Of a DNA stretch of 64,000 nt, positions 1 to 17,855 are shown piece after piece. The DNA is from Yuukianura sp. NJ FZ-2021. Its lineage: Eukaryota. Within the stretch, counting starts at the first letter, position 1; every line of letters begins with the position of its first letter. The notes under the pieces are model-generated. The model was given only the letters and a program-made list of their open reading frames with translations. It was not told where the DNA came from and ran no database searches. The stretch lies in contig CM102283.1 of assembly GCA_046563655.1 (NCBI GenBank), positions 8,990,001 through 9,054,000 on the forward strand. The letters run 5' to 3'. The position numbers and the translations under genes are program-made.

Positions 1-3000
1 AGTCATTTACGGCAACCCGCATTCGGCAATTGGAGCTGTAAAATTTCAAACTTTCAACGATCAAAAATTTTCAAAATTTTGATTTTTTTTTCGACTTTTC
101 TGTTTTTAGTCTGGAATGGACGATGAATATGAAGTGCTTGAACACTCACTTTTGCACCGACTTGATCAGAAAACACACAAGAGTCCAGTGGGAATCGAAT
201 TCACTTTGGGTGATATCGACCCTATTACGAAACTTCCGCACACTTTTAAATTTGTCATTCGAACTTTTGACAAAACCATTTCCGAAACACTCACATCTCA
301 TCCTTATGTCCAACCTCCAAGAAAATTTGGAACTTGGTGTAAATTTTTACAAAATTCAAAAATTTCCACCAAATTTTGACTTTTTTGTGCCTTTCAGATC
401 CACCTTACGTCGAAAGTGGTTTCATGGGGCTTCAAATTGCAATTCAAAGGGCGTATATAACCAAAATTCATGCAACTTTGTGTGCAAAACTTGACAAGAA
501 AATTGAAAATTCCACTTTGTCATTTCTGGATAGGATGCCATTGTATGAACAACGAATTCAAATTGAAGATCCCGCCTTTCCAACTCCATCGTTCAAACTA
601 CTCTTTACGCCAAACTATTTTGACTCTAACGTACGTCAACTCATTGCCGTCACAATTTGTCTCATTCTGTGCGTTTCTTATACCGCTCTGTCATATTTCA
701 TCGTACGTCAAATTGTCATTGAGAACCAATCACGAATCAAGGTACAAAAAAATATGGCGGCAAAACAAGAACCAGCGAAATTTTGATTTAAACTTTGAAT
801 TTCGTTTTTCAAATTTTCCGTTTTTCAGGATTTTTTGAGTCTACACAACATGGCCAAATATTTACACTGGATCGTGTACTTTTTCCACTCTTTTGTATTT
901 CGAACAATTACGGCCATTGGAATAACAATCATTCTGTACATTGACTATGGAAATGGACCAATATTTTCACAATCCAATCCAGTCATTGTCTACATCATCA
1001 TCTTTCTACACTTGATGAGTCTATCTTCATTCAACTTCTTAATTGGAACATTTCTAACATCAGGTAATTTCAAAAAAGGAACTTTTTTGGGAAAAAAAAA
1101 TTTGAAAAAAATACACTTTTTGATTTTTGGTTTTAGTCACGTTCAGTGGAATTTTTTCCGTTTCGGTTTGTCTCTTCAGTTTCATCTTCCCGTACTGCCT
1201 CCAAAAAGTGAAACTTTTGTCCGAAACTGTCAATTTGATTCTGACTTTGGTTTTTCCAAATTGGGCTCTCTGGAATGCAATTTATGAAATTGTGGACTAC
1301 GAATGTGACGGTGATTACAAACAAAAAGAATTTCAAAAATTTGAGTTTTCAGTTTAAAAAAAATTGAGTTTTCAGTTTTAATGGTTTTGTGTTTTAGACG
1401 TTGGAGTCACTTGGACCAACTTCAAAATTTTGACAAACGAAAAAGTGCAACTGACTTACTTGCAGTGCATTTTTATTTTCATTGGTGGAAACATTGTTTA
1501 CTTTTGCTTAGCGATGATTCGTGATCTTGGATTTACGCGTGCTAAAAACCGAGAATTCAGTTGGTACGGATGTTGCCAGGTAGGAACAACAACAATGGTT
1601 GAGACAGTGTAACTTTTCGAAATTTTTGCTAACAAAATATAAAATTTTCAGAAAGTTCTTAAACGGCGTCACCTTAGACTTCCGCGACTCACTCGAAGTT
1701 CTGGAGCAGTTTCACCTGCTGCTCCTGCGCAATCGCAACCAGACCGCGTTGAAACTCCGTTGGTTTATGAACAACCAGATTCCTCCAGACCAGTTTTGGC
1801 ACGAATCAGAAACTTAAGTAAAAATTTCAGTCAGTACAAACTGGCACTGGACAACATCAACTTGGACATCATGACGGTAAGGTACTATTTTCAAAAAAGA
1901 AAACTTCGAAATTCAAAATTTTCATATTTTAGGGTGAAATTATGATCATTTTGGGACACTGTGATTCTGGAAAATCAACTTTGCTGCAATCTTTGGCTGG
2001 AATTGTTGAACCCACTTTTGGAACGATTACAATACATGACCTTGACCTGTTTTCTAAAAAGAGCAAAGCACGAGAGTACATTGGATACTGTCCACAGGAA
2101 ATAGTACTGTTCAATGTTTTGTCAGTGCAAGAACATCTTGTTCTATGTTATAAGGTCTTTCCAAATTTTTGAAAAATTTTTGAAATTCTGGATTTTTCAA
2201 AATTTTGGAGGTTTTTGACAGGAATGTTTCGTTTTTAGCTTCGTGGACTTTCAACGAAAGATGCAAAGGAGTACGCTACAGGTTTGATGGAACTTTTGAG
2301 AATTGTTAACGTCAAAAAGTCTACTCCGGGGGGACTCACACATGATGAACAAAGGAAGCTGGCCATTGCACTTTGTCTAGTCGATCGTCCAAGTGTAAGT
2401 TCCAAAATTTCAAAATTTTGTTCAAATTTTGAATATTGCCGCCTTTTGACACAGATTATTTTGCTGGACGAGCCGACTAACGGAATGGAACCAATCACAA
2501 GACATGAAATTTGGAACATTTTGAAAGTTAGACTAGAATTTGAGTGATTTTGGATTATTTAACTTTCTAATTTCTCTAAATTTTAATTTTCAGAGTTTGA
2601 AACAAGAGGGGCATACTATTGTTATGGTGGGTACTGAAGTAGCACACGTTTTTCTTTTTTTGAAATTTTGAAATTTTGATTTTGGAAATTTTAGACCTCT
2701 AATATGATGGACGAAGCTGAATTTTTGGCTGACCGAGTTGCTTTACTTTCACATGGAAAGCTAATTTGTTACGGAAGTCCAAAATTCCTTCAAGAACGAT
2801 ACGGTAAGATCTGAAATTATGAAATTTCTGTTTTCATTAAGTTAAAAAAAATTTTGAAAAAATTTTTCTTATGAAGATGTTGGCTACTACCTCCGAATTA
2901 TTCCGAATCCCGCCAAGTTCAGTTTGGAATCATTTCAAGATTTTGCTTCCAAATGGTTCATTGAACCTCTGCGTGAAGCTCCCGAAAAAACAATGTTTGA

Positions 3001-6000
3001 CCAACGGAATTTCCTGTTGGTCATGCCAAATCAAATCAAAAATTTTGCAGAATTTTTTGATGCTCTCGAAACTTCCAAAGATTCACTCGGAGTCATTGCC
3101 TACGGAACACAAACTGTTGGACTCTGCGACATTTTTATCAAAATGTCAGAAGCTGCAAGCGTCGGCAAAAATGCTCCTGATATCTACATTCGCAAAACAA
3201 AAACAGGAGCGGAACGATCCGTATTTTGGGGTAGCATAAAAAAAAGTTCTTAAAAAATTCAAAATTTTGAAAAATTTGTCGTTTTAGGTGAAATTCCAAC
3301 GGATTATGACGAGTCATCAAAAACTACTCAACGCACCCAGTTTAAAGCTCTGTTTCACAAACTTTGGCTTTTTGGATCCGGTGGAAACATGGTCCTCTTT
3401 TGGGAAATTTTTTTTCCTTGCGTTATAATTTGGATTACAGTTTGGCATTCCCACTGTTTCGTAAATCCACCACCAGCGCCAATTCGGCGGGAATTTTTAC
3501 TTTCAAATTTCCCACAAGCAAAAGTATTTTACAGAGAGCAGGGAGGTGTATCTGCTTCTAGCCGAATGGTAAATCATGGAATTCACATTCATGGAATCTA
3601 GGCATCAAAAACACAAAATTTTAAAATTTTGGAAAATTTTTGACAGGATTTCAAGAGCACATTAGCAGAATACTTGGGAAAGCAGGGAGAAGAGTTGAAA
3701 TTGAACGCAATACTGGAAAATGTTGTTCAAATGGACACGGATCGTGATCGCTTAAACTTGGAATACTCAATTGAAAAGCGCATGATCGCTGCAGAATTGC
3801 GTTCCGCTTCGGCAGCGTCTCAGGGAGCTCAGTTTTTGGGCTATTATTCTTCTGGATCGCTGCACAGCCCACCGCTCATTTTATCCGTCATTGGAAATGT
3901 GCTGGTTCGAACAGTTACAAAGAAAATGAACGATACAGGAGTTCCTTATACAATTATCGTCGGAAACCACCCATTTCCAACAGTATTTGTAAGTTTTCAA
4001 AAAAAAAACTTGTAATTCTACAAATTTTTCGAAAATTTTACTGGTTTTTTGGTGTATCTTTTTTTAGGAATCTGATTTTGCCTTGACTTGTGGCATGACC
4101 TGCATAATGTTTGGACTTTGCATTTCTGTGGCCATTGGCGTTTTTATTTCACTTCTGATGACATTCCCTATGTTGGAGAGAGTAACTGGGGTGAGATTTT
4201 TGAAAATTTGAAATGTAAAATTTTGAAAAAAAAAATCTTGACCTTTGACCTTTAGATGAAACAGCTTCAGTTTATGTCTGGATGTCTACCGGTGACTTAC
4301 TGGTCGTCCTATTATGTTTTCCATTTCTTCGTATCACTTATACTGAGTATTGGAGTTACTGTAATTTTTGCAATGGATACACAAGGAATGTACGTTTCAG
4401 CGGCAAGTTTTGGTAAGAACATTTTTGAGTTTTGAATCTTGAAATTTTGAAATTTTTCTAAAATTTTGTTTTTTGTAGGCACTATTTTGACAATCGTTGG
4501 TCTGTTTTTGTGCTGGAGTGGAATTCCTTGGGTGTACTTTCTAACTACTGTCGTTCCAATGTCAAAAGATGGACCACTCATGGGCTTCATCATCCACATT
4601 ATTTTTGGTACCCAAGTTATTTCAAAAAATGAAGTTTTTATGAAAATTTGAGTTTCAAATTTTTCAAATTTTATTTTTGGGTAGCGTTTATACCAATTTT
4701 GATTGTGGAGTCGGCGTTCAGTGACAGTACAGAGGGATTTGCAGTATTTTTGAGATACTTTTTCCATTTGCTTCCACCGTACACTCTAACTAATGCTGTC
4801 TACATCTTTTTTGAAATTGTGGCAAAACGAAGTACTTGCACTTCACTTCCAGCGTTTATGCGTCAAGTAAAATTCAAAATTTTTGAAATTTTGAAACTTA
4901 AAAAAAAGTTTAGTTTTTAGGTTTTGATTTTTATAGATGTGCAATGTGGATATGCTGCATCGCGACAAGGAGCGCTACACGGCCGACATGAAACAAATTT
5001 TTGAGTACATGGTCAAACACGACACGAATTTGGCAAGATGCTGCGGTAGACAAAAATTTTAAACGAAATTTAAAAGAAAAAGTTTTCGAGTTTTGAATTT
5101 TTGATTTTGCAGACAGAATTTGTGAGCCGACTGACTCGTGTTTGACAATGACGCCATTTTTTAGCGGGAGTTTGGAAAGATGGGGTCAGCCAAGACTGTT
5201 TGTCTGTGTCATTGCTTTTCTATTCCAAGGGCTACTTTACTGGTAACTCATAAAAATTTCGCAACATTCCAAATTTTGAATGAAATTTTACATTTTCCGT
5301 TGAAACTAGGGCATTGCTCATGATTTTGGAATCGCGAGCGATTTCTGACTACTGCCACAACGTGATTCTAAAGTTTTTAAAAAACAGAGTCACACAAGAC
5401 GTAACAAAACTCCCGCCGGATCTCCGCGCAGAGAAAATGGCAGTTGACGCCATCATGAAAACAGGTAATATTATTACACTATTGTAATATTAGCACTAAC
5501 ATTGACCATGACCATCCCCGTGACCGAGGTTTGTTGACTGATTTTTTTAACAGGTTGGGTAATACCTCATGTTATTTCGATTTTGCAACTTTTTATTTCA
5601 GTCCATCGTAAGAAACAAAAATTGGTACCAATATTGGTACCAATTTGTATGCAATAAAAAATTGTTATGACTACGATGCACTGAAATTTTTAAACAAGCG
5701 AGGTAGTACTCAACCTGTTAAAGAAAATTAACTCTTCGTTGTCAAGGAACCTTGAACTTTGACCTTGGAGTTTTGTGACATGACCTTCCAGAAAAGTGTC
5801 CAGAAGGAACACTGCTGGTGTGTCAAGACTTAGCAAAGACATCTATTGAGCAAACTGTCATCACTGACGTTAACATTCAGTTGAAAGAGGGTGACATTGT
5901 TGGGCTGCTTGGCGGAACTGGCTGTGGAAAATCCGTCGTTCTTAAGATGCTAGCCGGAGAAATTGTGCCCACGAGAGGAACAATTATTCTGGACAACTTG

Positions 6001-7125
6001 AATTTGCACAAAAACAGAAACCAGTTTCTGCGTAGAATGAGCTACTGTCACCAGGACGACGCCGTCTTTGACTCCTTCACTGGAATTCAAATGATTGAGC
6101 TCATGGGGAAGCTCCGTGGACTTCCAAAGGCCGAACTGTCAATTCATGCCAAAAAGTGGTTACACGTTCTTGGACTAGCGGATGCTGCCAATGACAAGTG
6201 CTTGACCTACAGTAAGAGCATGCGCAGACGCCTGTGTGCAGCGATGACGCTGATTGGTGGAAATCCGGTTTTGGTTCTGGATGAACCCACGAGAGGACTA
6301 GATGCAATTGCGAAGTTAAGATTCTGGAGTGTGATGAGAGAATTGGCCAGCAGAGGGCACGGAATTATTTTTACTTCGGCGAATGTCCCCGAATGCGAAC
6401 GAAATGCAACGAGATTGGTCGTGCTGTCGGAAGGGAATGTCCAATGTATTGGTCCACCGGAACAACTACGTCAACGGTTTTCAAAAGGTCAGAGGTCATG
6501 CGATTCCAAATTGTGCGAAATTTGAATTTTGATATGTTTTTGAAAATTTGGAATTTTGAAAATTCTTAACTTTTAGGTTTCACGTTTTTGATCCGTTTGA
6601 GATATGATGTGCTCACTCCGATCGAAATTGTTTCCACGACTGTCGGAAGAATCAACGATCTGAAAAAAACTGTTGAGAAATTTTTCAAGTTAGTCAAAAG
6701 TTAAAATTTTTTTTTAATTTTTTTGAACGTAGTATTGTGTTTTCAATTTGTGTTCAAAATTTTAGAAAAGCAATTTTACGTGATGAGCAAGGCAATCTTT
6801 TACTGTATTTCATCAGTGCCAGTGGAAAAGTAACTTTGGGTGGAATTTTTGCTGCTGCAGAAGAAATCAAAAAAGAACATCAGGATGTGGTTGATCAGTG
6901 AGTTATAAATTTTCAAAATTTTGAAAAGTTTTTCAAAATTATATTTTTTTCAGATACTTAGTGTCCCAATCGACTCTGGACGACGTCTTTGTTTTGCTGA
7001 CGAACAGATTCAAGGACATGGACATTCCACGGAGCATGCGTGGATCTTACCCGGGTGAAATGTCGCAGTACGAAGCAGAAGTCGAAGCACTTGACGCAGC
7101 AACTAAACTTAAAAGTTTCGACTAA
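1..7125 (+). CDS. ABCA-subfamily full ABC transporter, divergent, multi-exon, 5' end outside window
   Basis: Spliced ORF pieces give the ABCA ectodomain motif PPYVESGFMGLQIAI, TMD1, NBD1 (GHCDSGKST; IILLDEPTNGME), TMD2 (YSSGSLHSPP; MKQLQFMSG), NBD2 (GGTGCGKSV; LVLDEPTRGLD) and the C-terminal YLVSQSTLDDVF. Stop TAA at 7123-7125, AATAAA near 7238. Confidence 0.92.
5551..5717. mobile_element. MITE flanked by TTAA, inside an ABCA intron
   Basis: Imperfect TIRs CAGGTTGGGTAATACCTC / GAGGTAGTACTCAACCTG; TTAA on both sides (5547-5550, 5718-5721); central palindrome AAATTGGTACCAATATTGGTACCAATTT. Confidence 0.7.
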
Positions 7126-7648
7126 AAAGTCACAACTAAAAATCGAAAAACAGAGAATCTTGTAACTAAAAAGCGAAAAGCGTCTATTTAGCAAAGAACT
7201 TTTGCGAATGAATGAATGGCACTTGACAGCGCCATAAAATAAATCGCACTACAAACATTGCTGTTAATCTTTTACCCGTTTTTGACGTCATTTTGTTTCA
7301 AAATGAATTTTAAAGATCCGTTTTCCAGCATTTTTTGGTTTCCAGTTGTTCGGAATGAATGAAAGTTTGAACGGAAAAGTTTAAAGTTCGCAAAGAAAGT
7401 GATGAGTTAAAAGCGTGTTAGAAATTACGCTAATTTGTTTCATGAAATTTGCAAATAAATCCGCTTCCAAAATCAATAGTCAAATTCAAATTTGAAATTT
7501 TGCTGCTCCATTATTCATGAGATTGTAAGTTTGAAATTGCTGCCAAAACAATTAGTGTGCTCGTGTGTGAAGGTGTTCGAATCTTCTGTTCTTCAATTGC
7601 TACATTTTGAATTGCTATAACTTCCCCACCACACAAATCATAAGTGGC

Positions 7649-8110
7649 TTATTAAGAAGCGAAACCTACTTATTGATTTGACCTTGTCCGCCTGTCTGTC
7701 TGTCCGACCGTTACCTGTAATTATTTCAAAACCGGATTAAGATTTCCGCGATGTTTTACTAAACAGGGGGGTCCTGGGTATGTTCACGAATGAGAATCAT
7801 CCCATGGGTCAACTCCTTCCAGGTCAAAGGTCAAGGTCAAACTGGCTGATCCCCGGTAACATAAAAAATGGCATATACAAAAGTTGTTCATCTCATCATT
7901 ATCAGCAACTGTGAATGCAATGTCACCACAAATGACCTTTGACCTCGCCAGGTCAATGGTGAACGTTTTTTCAACCGTTTTGGAAATCCGCGGTGCACGG
8001 TGGCTTTCCCTGGTATAGTGCACAACCATGCTTAACAACACGTATATTGTTTAGGTCAAAGGTCAATCGCTTACGCTACTTGTATACTCCGGTTTACAAC
8101 CGGTTTTTAT
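7649..8110 (+). mobile_element. Helentron-associated (HINE/DINE-1-like) non-autonomous element
   Basis: GTCCGCCTGTCTGTCTGTCCG microsatellite near the 5' end; short 3' hairpin CCGGTT-tac-AACCGG followed by a T-run. This matches the DINE-1/HINE layout. Ends approximate. Confidence 0.5.
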
Positions 8111-8573
8111 TCGAGTTAATTTGTCAATAGGAAACTTTGGAATAATTTTATAGTAAAATTCAATGAATTATGCAAAGATCAATACATTTCCAAGTGCTTT
8201 AGTTTTAAAAATTGGAGCTTCCAGAGAGTGTTTCTTTGTCCATGGAGGAAGCAAAAGTGCTTGTGGTTAGTTAGAAGTGAGGTGTAAATTATTTTAAAGG
8301 TGAGTTGATTAACTAACAATGTTGAGTTCTTGAGGCCATAAATACCCCATTATCGTTAAGGTTAACTTAAGTAAGCTCCTATTGAACTTGGTACTGGTCA
8401 CAACTCAACTGGACTCGCATGTGCACCACCCAAAATCATCAGTTGCTACTTGGAAACTCAAATGAAAACTGGTCCTCAACACTACTGGTGTTTTTCAAAC
8501 AATTTTTAAACTGATGGATTAGACTACTGCGCGCCAACTAGGAGTTTCATCATTTCAAAAATAATTTTTAGTC

Positions 8574-13907
<5,334 letters not shown>

Positions 13908-14477
13908 AAAATTTTGAAATCTTAGTTTAAAAAAATACTTTTTTAAGTTTCTTTACAGTCTAATGTCCAAGCGCAATAAACGAATATGTTTTGTGTTAGA
14001 AAAAATATTGTTCCACACAACACACCTCCACAGAAGTCCAAATTGAATCAAACAAAAATTTTCCTATCAAAAAATGAAACAAAATCTCATAATTCAAAAA
14101 ACCCAAACATTTTAGTATGTTAGTCTATGATATAAAATTCGAGACATGAAATGAATTGAAGTATGACTCTAAAAATATTTTTCTTTTTGAAACCAAAATT
14201 GAATTCCTGCAATTTCATTTTCAGATTGCATATCGAAGAAAATGTGAATTGCTATAGCAATCAACTCATCTGATTTCAGTTTTCATTTTGACTTGTTTGT
14301 TACAAATCTAAGTTCATTTTTGATGTTTCGTTTTTGCAACTTCTTCGGGTTATGCATGTTGGAGTCACTTTCCGCTTCCGCTGCTTCTGACAGGTAAAAA
14401 TTTGCTCAGCAACATGAAATTTTTCTTTTAGAATTGAATTTTTATGAAATCTTTGAAAAATTTCTGATTTTTTTAGA

Positions 14478-15134
14478 ATGGACCTCCTCGTTCAGCTGGA
14501 AATTGGAATCTTTTGTATTCTAGTCGGCGCCGGGTTTCCGTTGAGCTTAGAGTTTCTGCGCATGGGCATCACATCACTGGTGAATCTCATTGGATCTTTC
14601 TGTGTCACCATCTACGCATTCCTGTCTTTGTGTTTCTCGATATGCCAAGTCATCGCTGCAATTGTCGTCATCATCCAACTACTGTCTTGGTTGTTCAAAC
14701 TGCTCAAACTGGACGTAGAAGTTCAAGCACCAGCATTTCGATACTGGCCAGTTCTGGATGCTGCTGCAGAACCCGGACCAGGCGACATCTTTAGTCAACT
14801 TTTCATCCGACCTCAAACGAACAACAACGACATCTTTGGCCTTCCCAACTACATCGATGATCCAAGAACTCAAATTAGGCGCCAAATTCGGTCTCTCTCG
14901 ACTACAACTGTTGATCCCTTCCTGACTAGTCCTGAGAGGTCAAAGGTCAGCGGAATTGCTTGGCCAGCGTTCAGAAGCTGTCATCAGCTAGATCGATTCC
15001 CGACGTACAACGACATCTATGCTCAACCAAAGCGGCTTTTGATGCCAAAGTTTACGGTGATTAGGCGTCCAAGAGTGATTGACTTTACAAACTACGCAAG
15101 ACGGAATGATGACGTGAGAGGAGATGGACCGTGA
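14478..15134 (+). CDS. Uncharacterised protein, 218 aa, hydrophobic N-terminal (2-3 TM) region and hydrophilic tail
   Basis: Single ORF with coding-like composition. ATG lies just after a polypyrimidine-AG acceptor (5'UTR intron ~14394-14476). No family recognised. Confidence 0.7.
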   Translation: MDLLVQLEIGIFCILVGAGFPLSLEFLRMGITSLVNLIGSFCVTIYAFLSLCFSICQVIAAIVVIIQLLSWLFKLLKLDVEVQAPAFRYWPVLDAAAEPGPGDIFSQLFIRPQTNNNDIFGLPNYIDDPRTQIRRQIRSLSTTTVDPFLTSPERSKVSGIAWPAFRSCHQLDRFPTYNDIYAQPKRLLMPKFTVIRRPRVIDFTNYARRNDDVRGDGP

Positions 15135-15540
15135 CCTTGAAATTCAAAAACTCCCGCCATTTCCAAAGTCAAGGTCACACAAAAAAATTAGCAGGTCAAA
15201 GGTCAACGAACTTCTGCAATCAATGTACTCGTGAAAGTATGAGATTTAAGCCTGATTAAATCAACTTTAAAAATGTTTACGAGAAACGTAAGTTTTTCTT
15301 TTGTCTAAAAATACGCACTTTTTAAATGTTCCGGCTTTTCTTGGAAATTGAATTGCATCAATTTTTTTTTATATCCTTCATCAGAACAAAACGTTGAAAA
15401 TGAAATGAAAGTAATACAGAAACCTATGATTAGTTGATTATTACTTGACCTCGGTTGTGATAATGTCAAGAGGTCATTAATTGACTTTCTAAAATTGCTT
15501 TTTCGCCGAAAGTTAATTTACCTCCAAGAACTTAATGAAA

Positions 15541-15952
15541 CAAGGTAGGGCGATGCTCAAGGGTTGAGGATAGGTCTTCTGGAGGGAGTTGACAATTCAT
15601 GCGACAGACCGGTCGGCCGCAAAGCCGTCGAAAAAAAGCTATGAAAAACCGTTTTCACGAAATTTCAGCACCGAAACGTCGCTCACAATTTTCAGTGCGG
15701 ATATAGGGGATTTTTGTGGACAAATTGCACCAAGATTGTTACCTAACCTAACCGTCTGAAAACGTTTTTAACAAAAATTTAAAAAAAAAGCGCTTGCATA
15801 AAAAGGTTGTTCAAATTCCGCTCTAAACAGTTTTCGCCCTCTTCAAAACTGAGTTATAAATAATTTATAACTCCAGAGAACAATTTATTGTTCTCTGGTA
15901 TGCACAAATTTTGAAATAACAACGTCCCTTACCTCTATTCTATTTACCTTGG
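15541..15952. mobile_element. Degraded DNA-transposon remnant(s)
   Basis: Ends CAAGGTA...TACCTTG; internal TAACCTAACC motif; the terminal 17-mer is shared (inverted) with the intronic insertion at 13275. No TSD seen. Confidence 0.35.
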
Positions 15953-16258
15953 TCCCTTTTACATCAAAATAATTTGATCAAAATAATTACATTCCATCAA
16001 AATAACTGTGCAATACGACATTTATGTATACATCTATTTTTAAGTGTGCACAAAATCGAACGTTGAAAGAAGCGGTCGAATATCGTTTCCTGAAAATCAA
16101 AATCGGTTCATTTCTCATCCTTTGTTTCGCAATAACAGAGTCTTCATTCTTCAAAATTCATGCAACTTTAAACTGGTCATTTTCGTTTTTCCATCCAAAA
16201 TCTGAAATCGAAACTCTTAGTTCTTCATCTCCAGTCGAAAAGTGACCACTTTGTAGTA

Positions 16259-17649
16259 ATGGCTCGATATTTCAAAAAATGGACCAAAAGTCTGAAGAGT
16301 TGCAGCCAAATGGACGTTACGGACCGAATCATCTCAACTCTTGGACTTCTCATGACATACCCGCGCTTCTTTGGATTTTTGCCAGTTAGATACGACAAAC
16401 AGGAACGGAAGTTTGTGAGTGTTGACTCAAAATGGTACGTGGGACGTTACTACTTTTTGATTGCTTGCGCATGCTCATATTCTGTTGTCCTTGGACTCTC
16501 TTACCTCAGTCCACAAAACAGTAGCAACCAGAAATTTGTAGTGCACTACTACGTATACTTTCCAATTTCAATTTACTTAAATTCTAACCTTCTCATCACG
16601 GCTTGGAAAAGACATCAAGTCATTGCCATCGTGAACACTTTTGTCACATTTTACAAAAGATTTCAAGGTAAAGTTTTCAAAAAAAAGAAAGTTTTTTTTT
16701 TGAAATTTAAAAAGATCACCAACGATGTTTCGGTTTTTTCAATTCCAGGGGAGAGTCAAATGCTAGAAAATTCCAAAAACGTCCGAATTGCGCATTCCAT
16801 TTTGAATTTGTTTCTACTTGGAAATGTGATGAGTGTGATATGGGCCACGATTGTATTTAGCCTTTATGTCCTCATTCGTTGTCATGTCCACTTCATGTCA
16901 CCAATCGTAACAGTTTGTAGTAACATCGATCCATGCGCAGACATCTCAACCGAAGTTTGCTCCATTTTGAACTTGGCGTTCACTTGGTTTTTAGTAGCGA
17001 CGCAATTCTATATGCTCACTTTCTTCGGAGCTCCACTTTGCATCAACTACATTACACTTTTCATTCTCTTTGGATCCTACCATACAGCAGCACAACTCAA
17101 GTCAGCTCACAATTTTACAAAATTATTGAAAAAAAAATTGTTATTTTTAGTATTTTTGGTTTTAATTTTTTTTTTGACAATTTTAGACGCGAAGACTCGG
17201 AAGTTAATTCTGATTGGTTGAGTTACACTACGCAGTTGGAGTTGATTGGAATTCAGTTCAACTGCGCATACTCTTTCTGGCTCTCTCAAATATTCTTGGG
17301 CTTGACGATGCTGACAGTATCGTTCAATTTGATGACAATTCGGCTTCCGGTGGGTCCAATCCTCACTGTGATGGGAGCAACACTGTCTGTGGCTGCTTTT
17401 ACATTTGGTGGTCTCCTCATTGCAATTGCCGCCAACATTCGAGTGGCCATGAAACAGGCCCTCTGGCGTCAACGTGCGAAAGCCCCCGTTTCAAAGTTGT
17501 TGCTCCGAAAACAATTGAGGGCAAAGAGAGCAATTGGCATTGCAATTGGGCCGTTTACAGTCGTGGACAAGGCGTCCGTGACAGAACTTGCGCATGCCAA
17601 TGTCGATCTCACCATTTCAGCTCTAGTAGGCTACTCCGCAACGCAGTAA
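16259..17649 (+). CDS. Gustatory-receptor-like 7TM chemoreceptor, 3 exons
   Basis: N-terminal RFFGFLPVRYD, multiple TM segments and a C-terminus LRAKRAIGIAIGPFTVVDKASVTELAHANVDLTISALV resembling the GR/OR-superfamily TM7 region. Introns ~16668-16748 and ~17101-17186. Confidence 0.7.
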
Positions 17650-17855
17650 AACCGAAAAACAGAACGATCCGAAAAGAAGCCGAACATTTCGGGAAAAACG
17701 CGAACGGTTCCGGAATTTAGTTATTTTAGAAAATATTTAGTTGAGACAAAACGTTTTTGAATTGTTCTTTCACGCAATTTGATTTTAGGAATAAATTAAT
17801 TTGCAAAATTTCAATTTTTTTCAATTTCAATTTGAACTGAAAAATGTTTCGTTTT

